A stretch of 63,913 bases of DNA, filler included, from Octopus bimaculoides (GCF_001194135.2; 5 parts of 4 records of this genome joined end to end with filler, not necessarily neighbours in it); one strand, 5' to 3'. Positions 11,631 through 25,747 are shown, numbered from the whole stretch's first letter. Translations and numbers: made by a program. The notes: generated by a model not told the origin, from the letters alone.

Positions 11631-12179
11631 GCAAAGTAAATATTGAATGATAATGATTTTTGTAACCACAACGTTTAAGCACGAATTTTGTCCTTGCAAT
11701 TTGTGTCAATATGCAATTAATCGCGACTGGTTTACACAGACTACCAAATAGAAAGGAAAATTTGTAAGTACATTCATCAATGATATCAAGGAATATACTT
11801 TAACCTAATTTCTGACTAGCTTCAAAATTACGGGTATTCTTAATGGCTGATTATCGATACAGAGTGAGGTATATATTGACAGATTGGTCGCCTCTGTGTA
11901 ATGATGTTCATATCGTATAACTCGATAATGTTATATGTAATGGCACCAGTTTCCATGTCGATTGTGTTTTATATATAGGATGCGCTGTCTTTTTAGATAG
12001 TCTATTAAATATATTGTAATATGTCGAACAACGAGTGAGGTTTAAAAACTCAATTTTCTTGTATCAGAAGTATATCATTCAATTTAATATTTTATTAATC
12101 CATCTCTATAGGTATAACGTTATTCCGATTTTGAAGTGATATCACGAAAGTTGATAATTTGCATTATCGGTAAGTCAAA

Positions 12180-13650
12180 GGAGGAAGGGCGGTGCTCTTA
12201 ACCATTGACGATCCTCTTTGAATTATGAGACTGTTGGTGTCAAGCATGAACATATGTACTTGGACGTCTGCAGGAAAAAGTGGTCAGAGAGGTCATTTTA
12301 GAGGACTGCATTTCTTGGACACAGAATTTAAAGGTTGGGTTGATAAAAGAACAAGTGTTTCAGATAAATATGAAGAGATGGTATTTACAAACTAAATAAT
12401 TAAGAGGTGTAAATTTTGCAATAATGGTAGAGTGAACATAGAAAAGAAAACAAGATATGCTATTGCACAATGGGGAAATGAATCATTGCCTATCAACGAC
12501 TTTCTATCGGAAGTGGTCTGAGATGTGTGTATGTATCAGTTGCATAGTCTCAAATATGCTAATACCACTACGTTTTGCTTACAGTTTTAGAGAAGGCGAC
12601 AACAAGTCAGGATTAAAATATTTTCTAGTTTTGTAAAGGTAGTCTAGTTTGGCATCGATAGTTATGTCACCGTCAGTACTACTATTAGATATACCTTGGT
12701 ATACAAAAGAAACATTGACAAAGTTAGAGCTAAGAATCTACAATCAGTCTTACGGCTTATAAATTTCTCAAAAGCTTTCGATTTTCTTTGCATTTCAGTT
12801 TGCAAAATTAATGAGCTCGGCTACATTCTTGCTAAACTGACTTCTTCCCGTCAGCCATGCACAACAATAACAGTCAAAGATTACTCTCATAACATCGCTC
12901 TCTTTGTAAAAGCTACCTATTTTCTAACTGTTTCTTAAAAGATTGCAGACGATATTGGTGTTTATGATAACGTTTCTATTACTACATGCATCTGTTACAA
13001 TTATTAGCGCTCAATAAGCACAATCAATCAAACGAAATCTAAGACTGTAGAATCCTTTGTATACTTATCACGAAATATCACATCCACAGAAAAAAATATG
13101 AAAATTCTCTTATGATAGCATGGACTGCCTTTGATTGTCTCAGTGTGATCTGGGAGTCATTGCTGCTAGATGACCTGAGGAGAAACTTTATTCCGTGATA
13201 TGTGAAAGCAGCACTATTGTACTGCTTGGACACTCATAAAACACTAGAAATAAAGCTTGATGAGATTTACTCAGGCATGATGCGGGCTGCTTAGAATATC
13301 TGGTGGGCGCAACATCTAACCAAGCAAAGATTTTATGTCAGCATTCTTGAATTCAATGATGTTATTAAAGAAAGACTGATATGTTATGCAAGACTAGTGG
13401 AGAGCTAAGCAAAAATTGATTGTTATACTCTTATGGACGCCGCTGCATGGAAATATACGGGTTGCCATCGAGCATAAAATTTTCATCGGACAACGCTGCA
13501 CAGGAGATGGTCAATAATTGGCAACGAGATATATTGCTCTGATGACTTCCCGAACGCTCTGTGAAATCGTGATAGATGTGACTGAGCTGGGAAAATTCTC
13601 CGAGCAAGCCCGACAAGATGGTGTCATTTCAAGTGCATAGTATATACAAT
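12180..13650 (+). mobile_element. Decayed RTE/RTEX-type LINE (RT region)
   Basis: RAKNLQSVLRLINFSKAFD (FSKAFD motif), ITVKDYSHNIALF (degenerate YADD box) and downstream post-RT motifs broken by frameshifts and stops. Confidence 0.65.
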
Positions 13651-14429
13651 TGTGGCTGCTGTAGTTCAGCTCCAGATCAGCTCTTATTGAGCTCGTATCG
13701 ATATATGATCAAATACATGCCAAGACTGACATAGCACGTCTTCCTTTTCATATCCTGTGCATTTAGAACATCATTTATCCGATGTATTTTACCCTTTTAA
13801 ATGAAAAATCTATGTATATATTTTGTACCCAGTAACCTTATACACCGATATATACAGTATATAATAACTGAATGAAATCTGTTGTCGTTGTCATCTTGGA
13901 TCAAACAGATCATTAACGAAAGGTGTTCTAGCCTTGAAAATATAATCTTTCTCGGAGTATTTTGAATTACATTGTATAACAAGTTCTTTCCTTTTTAAAA
14001 CAATAGGGATATAATTTAAGGGAACTGGCTGATATTTCCAGCTGGTCAAACGACAACATAAGGCTCCATCGTTAGTGTGCTGAATTACATGTATAATTTT
14101 GATAAAGTCATGTCATAACATAATCAGGGTTCAATGTAACATTGTTGATACTAAAAGGGTTCTACTGCATGATAGTGTAATTCTATATACGTGTAGTGTA
14201 GTAGTTACACTATCAATAGTACAAATATATTCAATATAGAGTTGTTAGTTGTGTTATTTCAAAACTATTGATGTACAATTATTGTTATTGTTACAAAAAA
14301 TCTTAGTAATTAGCTTAATGTTATCGACTACTACTACTACTACTGTAGTAAAATGGAAAGGCATCATCTATAGTTGGACAGAGATTTATAAAAGATATCT
14401 ATTTCAAAACGAAAAACAGCTTCAAATTT

Positions 14430-14635
14430 AGGCAAAAGACCAACAATTCTGAAAGAAGAGGTTACTCGATACCATCAGCCCCAGTAATTGACTGACACTT
14501 TATTTTATCGACAGCCGAATGATGAATGGCAAAGTTGATACCGGCGGGATTTGAACTCAGAATGTAAAGAGCCGGACTAAATACTGTAATATATTTTCCC
14601 AACGCTCTAATGATTCAGCCAGTCTACTACCCTTG
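14430..14635 (-). mobile_element. Old SINE family A copy
   Basis: GGATTTGAACTCAGAA and TTTATCGAC..GATGAATGGCAAAGTTGA match the family in reverse. Confidence 0.6.
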
Positions 14636-15830
14636 CTTTACATAATGCTAATAATAACAATCTAGTTGTGTATTACTTGCTCGCTGCATAACTTGGGTTT
14701 TAATCACAAACCTATCACCATCGAAATTCAGTATGTTTACGTATTCAATTCTAACGTATAGTGCTTTTGATAATGTGCGCACAGCTATAACTTATATGTC
14801 ACAGTGTTGTTGGCGCCAGTAGCCGTAGTGTAAGCACCACGATAGCGTTGCAGTTTTATTTATGTTATAGAGAATAAAATTGTGTTTTACTTGTGAGAAA
14901 GAAATAGCTTTATAGAACTAACTTACAAGAACAAATATTTTGCTAGGTTTTGCTGCAATAAACTTGTTGCTACAAGCTAAAAAAAAAAAAATGAAAAATG
15001 CAGTAATACAGTTACAGAGTAATGTTGTGTTTTGCTACCGTAGTGGTAGAATTGCTGCTGTTAGGAAAGGATTGCTGCTGCAGCAGAGTTATTGCTATTG
15101 TAGCAGAGCTTCCATTCTTGTAGCAATGTAGCTACTGTCGTTGCAGTAGTACTCCTACTACTGCAGCAGTACTGCATTATTTGTAGCAGTGTTGATACTA
15201 CATCAGTATAAATGTTGCTGTGATAATGAAACTATTGCTGTCGTTGTAGTGTTTTAGATACACGTTGTAACTTAATTTATGTTATATTCATCGGGAGTCG
15301 ATAAATTAAACACCGATGAGTACCAGTTAAATACTGGGGTTGAATTTATCGACTATAATTGTTTTCCTCTAAAGTGTAGTCATTGGATGACAGAATCGAG
15401 CCCAGTCGGAGTCCACTTTGTTTTCCATCATTTAGGTGTCGAAATATAAATATCAATCATCTATTACTATTGTACCTGTATTAAATATCATTTTGGGTGT
15501 CATTGTCTCATAATGCCGTTATATTGCCAGAATGGCTGAAGGTTACTACCTCAGATTGGTCATATATATCGGCCATAATGGATTTCCGGAAACTTCGTCC
15601 GTAAATAGAATTATAGCTCCTTTATGCTATCTCGCTTCTCAATAGATTAACTGATTTTTTAAATTTTAGATATAATGTTTTCAATTCTTAAAATTCGTTG
15701 TAATGTCCATATTATCAAATTTCATAATATCTTGTATTCACAGAAAACCGAATTTATCGCCCCATTGAAAAAATGGAGGGATTCTCATAGCTGGAATGTT
15801 TTTGATAATGCATCTTTTCTTATCTTTTAG

Positions 15831-16022
15831 AAGAGGGAAAACAGTGACCAAGACCCGTTACAGAGTCTCTGGGATAAGTGAGAGGGAGAGAGGAATGTTT
15901 CCTCCAACCGGAAATTTGACCCGAATGCTTTTAGTTTAGTGGACTCCGCTAAAGGTACCTCAAAACGGGTTAAGTCTTTGATCAGCAGGCAATGGTGGGA
16001 TTTGAAGAACAAATATCTCAAG
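15831..16022 (+). other. Exon-like segment (192 nt) with one in-frame TGA
   Basis: Acceptor CATCTTTTCTTATCTTTTAG, donor AAG|GTATGC, GC-richer than flanks; phase-0 frame open except TGA at 15879-15881. Confidence 0.4.
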
Positions 16023-19000
16023 GTATGCGGTTCGACGTACTTACAGTAATGCTACTTCATCCCGCTTCTTGTGGTGATACATTTTATCGACTCCGAAAGG
16101 ATAAAACACAAAGTTGACCTCGGTGGGAGGTGAATTCAAAGCGCACAAGTCAGAACGAATATAGGGTAGCATTCTGTCCAACACTATCAGTTCGCCGTAT
16201 CAGGGTCCACTTGGGCCGAATACAACAACAGTGACAATTATAAATTTATAGAATAAAAATGTAGTGTAATGAATTGAATCATAACATTCTGGTGGTACAG
16301 ATATTCTATCAAAGTCACCTGTATTTGATCGAATAAGTGACATTGCCATTCTCTGCCATTATCTTTCAGAAGAAAGAAATAAGTGAGCAATATATCCTTT
16401 TGAAGATATGAACCCACACCGAGAGTAATATAATAAATTCTCAGCTATTTTAATGTTAGAAACCTATAAAAACCTAAAAGATTGGCAACCAGAAAATACA
16501 AGCCTTAAGATTGAAATAATTTACATGAAATCTACTTATTTTATCTACTGAAAATAGTATCCGAGATACATTCTGTTTTATTATATGATGTCCATTATAG
16601 ATATAAATAAAGCCTGCTTGACTTCAGTTAGTGGAAGCACTCTCACGATTGAAAAGGCTGTAAAGCAGGCGAAATACTTGACTAATCATAATAACATACA
16701 ATGATGTTTAGCAGTCCCACTGATAAAAGTATTTGCTGTCTCATAAACAAGATACTGAGGGAGAGAGAGAGAGAAAGAAAGAGTGAGAGAGGTGGGGGGT
16801 AGAGAGAAATGGAGGGAGGGGATAGTGAATGCTAGATAGTGAATGAGGGTTGTGTATGTATGTGTGCATATAGGAATAAGTGTGTATGTACATGCGTGAA
16901 TGTGTACCAAATCCCTCGACTTCTTACATTAATCAAAAACTAACTTTATCGACTCAACAACCAGATCATGCTGTCCAAAGTATACTATGCCTAAACAACG
17001 AGGGTTAGAATGTCTTTGATCTAAGTTCAGTTTTAAGAAGTTTGACTTGTGTTGAACAACAACAATCGTAAATTTTTAGAGTAAGGGTGGAGTCAGTCGA
17101 ATCGTTTCATGGTATATATACTAATAGTATACTGGTTTTTGATAATTTATTTTTATAATTAGCTTCAGCTTGTAAGACACATACATACACTCTCACATAC
17201 ATGCATACATACATACATACATACATACATACATACATACATACATGTATGTATGCATGCATGCATGCATACATACACACCCACATACATACATACATAC
17301 ATGCATGCATACATAATACATACATACATACATACATGCATACATACATACATACATACGTCCGTCCATCCATCCATCTATCCATATGCACACAGGGTTT
17401 CTTGAATAAATCTGCATTTTGGTTCTGTACACACACAAGCACGCGCTCGCGCTCGCGGTTGCGCACACACACGCACACATACAGACACACACACATACAC
17501 AAACACCCACACCCACACACTCAGACACACATACACCACGTACATACACACACACACACATCACAAATGCAATTGAGGTGATGTTATAAAAATCTGCTAG
17601 GATATTTTAAATATAATTGCGTTCTCCAGAAAAGTTATATATGTATATAAAAATATATTTTGGAGGAAATATATGAAAGTAGCTCAAGATTAAATTTCCT
17701 TTTAAACCTAATTATATTTTGCTTATTATGTTTTTTTTTTTTAGTAAGATGAGTGCTGCGATAGATGAAGAGTAGCATCTTGTATTTTAAATCAATAACA
17801 ACCGATGCACTTCTAAATAATAGCACTTTTCTAGGCCAATCTCTTTTTACTATCAGAATGCATCATTTGTATGAAACTAAAAGTCAATCCCCCCAAAAAC
17901 TAACAAAAAATAAAAAAAATTATATTATCCGGACTACCCATTTGACATTCGTAACTGTCGTGTATGTTACACCATTTCACCATGTGTTATAAAAATATCG
18001 AATTACTTTTTCAGGAAACAATGCACCATTTGGAAGGAGAAAGGGATAAAGTTTAATGACTCGATCATAATGTAGCATTGGTAGTTATGTCATTCTGGAT
18101 AAATGATGAAATATTGGGGATTGTGTTTTTTTATATAAAATATAAGACACAGTTTTAGCTGCTTTATGTTATCTCTTCGCCTGCTTTATAAGAGATTATT
18201 CAAGCTAAATAAGATTAAAGCGATGGAAAAACTTATTGTGGAATAATTTTTCTTCAAATTTGATACATAATATATCAATTTTATTGCCATAAATTTCATC
18301 GGTTCGACATATGGAACTCAAGCACCTACCTACTTTTGAGAAACTATATTAAACAAACCATGCCCTGATCAAGCATACTTATGATTAAAGATGAAAGAAT
18401 AAATGTGTATACAATGTATTCTTTCAATTTCAGGAGGTTTCACTGTATTGTTTTCCTAGCAAATCAAGTGACCAAATAGAGTCCTTGCAGTGACCCATGA
18501 GTTGAGTTTTACATAATATTTTAGTATTGGACTCAGTCTTGCTTTTATTGCTGATAGAGAGTGAACGAGAAATAATTGTATGATCAAGTATTATCATGGA
18601 GTATGTAGCGGCAAGCTAATACTAATTCCGTTCTTTCATTTAGAATTAAGGGAAGCTAGATAATGATATAATATTTTTTTTCTATAAGGTATAGATCGCT
18701 GTCATTTCTAAATGATGTTTTTTCCAAGATTGCTCATGTAATATTTGCCTTTCTTCTTGTTACCTCTCGAGTGTCAAATATATTTCGAGAATACGATATT
18801 CTTTTATAAGTAGTAAAGGTGTAATGAAGTAGTGCTGCAGGGGCACTGTGTGAATTCTACATAACTAGTCGGATTGATATTCTTTACAGAGATATCAAAC
18901 GTTACAACTTTCGGGTACATCTTTAAATTCCTTATCATGAAATGCGATCGGCTTATGACGTCGAATGCTGTTGAAAACATTTAACCAGTAGATATTTTTC

Positions 19001-19084
19001 TTTTGACATATTCATGAATATACCTCAGGCCAAACGATATTGAACGAAACCTTTTTTTTTTTTTATATGTAAAATTATAGTAGT

Positions 19085-19380
19085 GAAGGCGCGTGGCTTA
19101 GTGGTTAGGGTATTCGGCGCACGATCGTAAGGCCGTGAGTTCAATTTCCAACAAGACACTTTATTTCACGGATCTCCAGTGCACTCAGCTGGCAAAAATG
19201 AGTGGTAGATGTATTTCAAAGGGCCAGCCTTGTCACATTCTGTGTCACACTTAATCTCTCTGAAAACTACGTTAAGGGATCTGTGGAGTGCTCAGCCACT
19301 TGCAAGTTAATTTCACGTGCCGACTGTTCCGTTGATCAGGTCAACTGAAACCCTCATCGTCATAACCGACGGATTGCCAA
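19085..19380 (+). mobile_element. tRNA-derived SINE family C
   Basis: A box TGGCTTAGTGG, B box GAGTTCAATT; reverse homolog at 53943-54321. Confidence 0.85.
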
Positions 19381-19444
19381 AAGAAGACAAGTATAGTAGG
19401 CTCTACAATATATTATATATTATTCATCAATATTTATTGAGTAT

Positions 19445-19655
19445 AAGGTGGCGAGTTGGTAGCATCGTTAGAACACCGGGCTAGATGCTGGTGAGCACTT
19501 CGTCCGTCTTTACGTTTTGAGTTCAAATTCCATCGGAATTGACTTTGCTTTCCATGCTTTCAGAGTCGACAAAATAAGTACCAACTGAGCAGTGGGGTCA
19601 ATTTAATCGACTTAACACCTCTTCCAAAACTTCTGGCCTTGTGCCAAAATTTGAA
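19445..19655 (+). mobile_element. SINE family A
   Basis: Full-length diverged match to 8470-8688. Confidence 0.8.
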
Positions 19656-20283
19656 GCATATTATTGCGACGTATTATTTATGCAGCTTTGGCTGAAACTT
19701 AAATTTTATTACACTTCGAGAAATACAAATATAAATTGAATTGAACTGAATTCAAAACGGCAAGACACTAACAAAAGTTAGGTAAGATTATGATGTACGC
19801 ACATATAAATTTACTTGGTAATGTATAAACATTGTTGTTACTGTGTTATAGACAATAAAATGAAAGAAAACGACTGCATTTTTCTAACTGAAAATAAACA
19901 ATAAAAAAGAACTAACTACATCATAACGACCGCCCTGTCTACCTACAATATACCTACTTTCATTCAGAATACAAGAAAACATCCAACTTCAAGAAAAATC
20001 TGAACTCTTGCCATTTTGAATCAATAAGACGTTAAAGTGGTGCTGAAAAATACAACCGACCATATAATGGGACATATGTTCACTTATAAGATTGTCCTGT
20101 ATTTACTTTCAAAGATGTGAGGCTCTTAATATCAAAACTGCCATTTCATGTGGCGATAAAATACTGATTTCATTACTTTCATGTACTGAGTGAGAGAAAA
20201 TTATATTAGTCCAACAGGCTATATTATTCTTTGTAACAAAGTAACTGTACATAAACAACAAATTGAGAAGTACAAGAAGACTA

Positions 20284-20334
<51 letters not shown>

Positions 20335-21087
20335 ATAATATATATATATATATATATNNNNNNNNNNNNNNNNNNNNNNNNNNNNNNNNNNNNNNNNNNN
20401 NNNNNNNNNNNNNNNNNNNNNNNNNNNNNNNNNNNNNNNNNNNNNNNNNNNNNNNNNNNNNNNNNNNNNNNNNNNNNNNNNNNNNNNNNNNNNNNNNNNN
20501 NNNTAATCAAAACCCAGCATGGCAGTGTGATTGAGAAGTTAGCATTTCAACCACGTGGTTTCGGGTTCAGTTTCACAACGCAGAATCTTGTGCAAGCGTC
20601 TCCCGTTACAATACCTGGCTTGTAAGAGAATTAAGCAGACGGAAACTATTTTAAAGCTTGAATTATAAATGCATGTGTGCGCATGTACATATATATGTAT
20701 ATATAATTAATATAAACAGCTGTGCAATGTTATACCATAAAGGAAACTTTCAATCGACTAAACGTGCCGACACACCTACATTGCTAGAAATAAGAGTTAA
20801 AATACTCTTAATGCTGTAGGAAGAGCGTAGACATATGTGCTGACATCATGCTGTTTCGAAAATCCTAGACGTTTAGCTTCATCTATCCTTCAGTGAGGAC
20901 CTCTCGAACGGCACATGTTCAGCTAACCCTACCTGTCAGTATATTTGTATTTATCATGAAAATTTATGGAAGATTTAGTAGAATGCTTTACATATACAGT
21001 TCAAATTTACAGAAAACAAAATACGAAGAAAAATGAGTAAACAATAAGCAGGTATATAAGTTTGACGACCGGGAAGAATGGAAAAGT

Positions 21088-21124
21088 CTTTGACGTCTCG
21101 AACCTACGCTCTTCGACAGAAAAG
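21088..21124 (-). ncRNA. Degenerate hammerhead-like motif in PLE-type tail
   Basis: CUGUCGA-a-GAGC(GUAG)GUUC-GAGA-CG-UC: two core deviations. Confidence 0.3.
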
Positions 21125-21561
21125 GTTGAAAGGGAAAAAAGGGAGAGAAAACGAATAAAAACAAAGATGGAAAGAGAAAAAAAAAATGTATACGGATTAA
21201 CGGCATATGTCCGTGTTGACAACCGATATTTATGTCCCCTTGCAGTTCGGCAATTAGAGGCCGATAGAACAAGTATCAAGCATTGAAATATATACTAATT
21301 CCATCGCTTTTCTGTTGTAGATCCACTGAATAGTAGGGATGTATTTGCATACCCATTTCCAAGTACTAGGATAAAAAACTCAAAGACAAAGATGTTCACA
21401 TCACATGTACGACGGGCATCCGGGCATTTTCCATCTAAAAAATCCATTCACGCGCCATTGGTTGACAATTGCCTAAAATGCTACTCGGAGGGACTGTTAC
21501 TCGAAATCCAAAACGAGGTGCTTGCGAAGTAAACTTTTAACCAGAGAATCATGCCTCTGCC

Positions 21562-21616
<55 letters not shown>

Positions 21617-21714
21617 GTCTGTCTGTCTGTCCGTCTGTCTGTCTGTCTGTCTGCCTGCTTGTTTGTCTGTCTATACATACATACATATGTATGCGTGTGT
21701 GTGTGTGTATATTC

Positions 21715-21913
21715 TTTTATCTGTCTCAGTCATTTGACTGCGGCCGTGCTGGAGCATCGCCTTGAAGGATTTTAGTCGAAGAAATTGACCCCAGGACTTA
21801 TTTTTAAGCCTAGTACTTATTCTATCGGGTTCTTTTGCTGAACTGCTAAGTTACGGGGACGTAAACACACCAACACCGGTTGTCAAACGGTGGTGGGGAA
21901 AAATACAAGCACA

Positions 21914-21973
<60 letters not shown>

Positions 21974-22410
21974 CATATAAATATATATATATATATACAT
22001 ATATATAAATATACATATATATATATATATGTATANNNNNNNNNNNNNNNNNNNNNNNNNNNNNNNNNNNNNNNNNNNNNNNNNNNNNNNNNNNNNNNNN
22101 NNNNNNNNNNNNNNNNNNNNNNNNNNNNNNNNNNNNNNNNNNNNNNNNNNNNNNNNNNNNNNNNNNNNNNNNNNNNNNNNNNNNNNNNNNNNNNNNNNNN
22201 NNNNNNNNNNNNNNNNNNNNNNNNNNNNNNNNNNNNNNNNNNNNNNNNNNNNATATATATATATATATATATATATACGACGGGCATCTTTCAATTTCCG
22301 TCTCACAAGTCTTTGGTGTGCCCGTGGATATAGTAGAAGACGCATATCCAAGGTGCCACGCAGTGGGAATGAACCTGGAACCATGTGGTTAGGAAGCAAG
22401 CTTCTTACCT
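21715..22410 (-). mobile_element. SINE family B with expanded internal (TA)n(TG)n and gap
   Basis: 3' half 21715-21910 and 5' half 22275-22410 both match 29196-29576. Confidence 0.85.
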
Positions 22411-22530
22411 ACGTTTGACGTATCAGTGATATTTCAAATATAGCTGTTTGAATAATTCTCACATACCACCATAATAACAAATCATAACGATATAGTTATA
22501 CAATGCAAGCACACAGAACATAAGACTCAC

Positions 22531-22577
22531 CTTAGAAGGGTAGTTTTTGATAATGTACATTCGAAATCTAAACGGCC
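22531..22577 (-). CDS. Candidate 47-nt internal exon
   Basis: Long pyrimidine tract + ATAAG acceptor and AAG|GTGAGT donor; phase-0 frame GRLDFECTLSKTTLL open. Confidence 0.45.
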
Positions 22578-23704
22578 CTTATGAAGAAAAAAGAAAAAGA
22601 AAGGAAAACCAATAAAGGAAAGGAAAGAAAAAGGAAAAAAACAGGCGATAGTTGTTGAAGTGTTAGTGTTGATGAATGTTGGAATTTTTCTGAAATACTA
22701 GATCATAATTTAGTGTATGGCAAATCTCTAATGCAAAGAATAAAATTTATTAGCTTATGTCGCTTTGGAATAACACAATAAATATCGATGGGATACAAGA
22801 ATTCCCCATTTGTAATTATTTTCCAAGTTTGCAAAAGTGTCCATTAGAACGTTATTCTTTGCCGAGACGCAGGGATAGCTCCTTCTGAAACATTAATCAA
22901 CGAAATGATTTATCAATTTTTGTTCCACACATTACGAAAGTTTTTGTCAAAGCACGAAATATATTTCCACATTTCAAAACTATTTAGTAAAGTTGATACT
23001 TCATCAATAATAGTCGCCCTTGTTCACGTGTTGTTTTACGCATGTTATTGAGAGATGGAAATATCACACTGATTTGTATTTGGAGAGATAAAGATATCGC
23101 AGTAATACCTAGATAAATATGTGACTGCAACCAATATATCACGGAAGAGTGTTAATTAATCATATCGTGATGTGTTTGTTACATTGTTAGCATTTTTCAG
23201 TTCTCTGAAATAGGAAGCATGACCATTTTGAAAAGTGTTAAGGGTAGGAATTCGGAATTTCATTTGAGCTAAATTCGAAGGAGACATACAAGGAAATGTG
23301 AATCTGATCAAGAGATTGGTATATGTTTCAGTGTTATTAAGCCTCCTCAAATAAGTATAGTTAACACATAACTACTACACTCTAGAATAACTAGAGGGGT
23401 ATATAGTTTATAGAGAGAAAATAATTCAATAATTTAAAATTGCATAAAATTTCCCACTAGTGCCTTCTGCATGAAGACTATGTAGATAAGAGCGGGCAGA
23501 AAAGAAAGTGAGTAAAATTCCAATGAAAATATCTCTCTTCATTTAGTTCCCCCACGTAGTAATAGATTACAGCTAGTAAATATAGGAAGATCTTAGGTAA
23601 TAAATATAACAAGCTGTTTGAATCATGCGCTGACTGAATGTAATACAGTACCATAATAGGAAAAGAAAAAACATTCTCAAAATATACGTTAAGACAAAAC
23701 ATAC

Positions 23705-23747
23705 GTTGAGCACAACACAGTTAGATTTTTGATAACATTGATATTGG
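23705..23747 (-). CDS. Candidate 43-nt internal exon
   Basis: Acceptor CTTTTCAATATTTCTCAG, donor AAC|GTATGT; frame QYQCYQKSNCVVLN ends phase 0, compatible with 22577 exon. Confidence 0.4.
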
Positions 23748-24479
23748 CTGAGAAATATTGAAAAGTATATCCACATTTTTACTTCATTCTAAATACTATT
23801 TTCTATGGTATATTTATAATATATAAGATAATGTTCCTTTATTTGCAAATCAACAAAAGGTTTCGAGATATTGTATTTTTTCTTTATTTCCTTTCATTAT
23901 GAAACGCGTTTAATACTCGACTACTATCTTTAATCTTCATAATTTCTATGGGTTTTGTTCTATACAAATACCTACTTTTATCAGAAATCATGCTAACAAA
24001 CATATTCCAATCTCTCTGCGACAATCGTTTCAATAACTGTGGTAAACTTCACAACAAACAAATATTTCATTACTATTTAGCAACGAAAGTGATATCTAAA
24101 ATCTATTTATAACTTTTTACCGATTCTAAATACCATTTTAACAAACTAAAATACTGACAGATCAAGATTTTTTTTTTTTTATAAAGAAATAATTACCACT
24201 ATGATTAGTAAATAAACTAAAACTCCTTTTGCATCAACGCAAACATAATCAGAAGCATCCGATGCAATTTATTATAAAATTATTGAAAGAGATCTTAACA
24301 GTCTTCAAAATAATCTTAAGAATTTCAAAACAAGATCAACTTTCGAAGCATGTTATTTGAGGGTATATTGCTCAAATATGAAATTAATATTTTTTTGAGT
24401 GCACGTGAGCACATATATGTATTTCTGTCTGTCTGTCTATCTGTATGTATGAAAATCAATATATTAATAGCCGATTTGG

Positions 24480-24775
24480 TTAGAATAATGAAAAACATAT
24501 CCCCCCTGTGCAGTCCATGGGAGGGGCAAAATCATATTCAAGACTTCATGCATCGCATGCAATTTTCGGGATACAGCCAGAAAGATAGAATCCGGGTATA
24601 CAGAGGAGCTAACAAGAAATTTGAGGAGATTGTTGTCAAAGATACAAATGGAACACAGCCTAGATACCGTAACAAACAGTGGAATAGACTACAAAGGATT
24701 AGTGACAAAACAAACAAAAAGACCACGTGGTACAATACCGACAAGTTCCAGGGAGTAATGTTTGTGGACGCCACG
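24480..24775 (+). mobile_element. Penelope-like element fragment (RT thumb region)
   Basis: SPLCSPWEG..QDFMHRMQFSGYSQKDRIRVY...TWYNTDKFQGVMFVDAT, homologous to 161-697. Confidence 0.8.
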
Positions 24776-24819
24776 NNNNNNNNNNNNNNNNNNNNNNNNN
24801 NNNNNNNNNNNNNNNNNNN

Positions 24820-24831
24820 TTAATTAATTAA
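24820..24831. other. Assembly linker TTAATTAATTAA
   Basis: 44 N + 12-mer + 44 N = 100; stop codons in all six frames. Confidence 0.9.
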
Positions 24832-24875
24832 NNNNNNNNNNNNNNNNNNNNNNNNNNNNNNNNNNNNNNNNNNNN

Positions 24876-24921
<46 letters not shown>

Positions 24922-25586
24922 ACATACACACACACACAAACACATTTATATATAAATATCTATGCAAATATATGCATATATGTATGCATGTATGTTTGTC
25001 TATGTATATAGATAGCACATATGTGCAGGATAAATGGATATAATTCTGTAAACATACACATATGCATATCCATACGCAGACACACACACATACACATTTA
25101 TACATGCAAAATACTTCCATATAAGTACACACACATGCATACAATCATGTAAACATACATACATTTACATACATACATATTTGCATACATACATACACAC
25201 CTACACACACACATGCATGATAGTGTTACACAAAGATGGCATTTACTCTCTCCACTGACACATGTCAATGACATTTACTGACACCTTACACACACATGCA
25301 CCTCCGTTCCCATTCCTCATACACATACACACACATACAGATATTGTCAGGCGCATTTACACACACAAATAGACGCACATTCGTACACTCATAGTACAAA
25401 CATACACATACGTACACACAATCATTGATGCATGAGCATATGAAATCATCTGTGCATTTGATCTATATTGACACTCACGCAACAGGGAGGAAAGCACACC
25501 TACACCGAGAAATATGTACATACATACGTCTAAACATATGTATATGGATACGTATGGACGTATGTACATGCTCCGATATCTATATC

Positions 25587-25633
<47 letters not shown>

Positions 25634-25701
25634 NNNNNNNNNNNNNNNNNNNNGAGAGAGAGAGAGAGAGATATGCATATATGTAAATATATGTGTATAT
25701 G

Positions 25702-25747
<46 letters not shown>

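Noticed and set aside
20860-20905. CTGAAGG...TAAACGT hammerhead-like string on minus
   Set aside because: Too many core changes and no convincing stem II.
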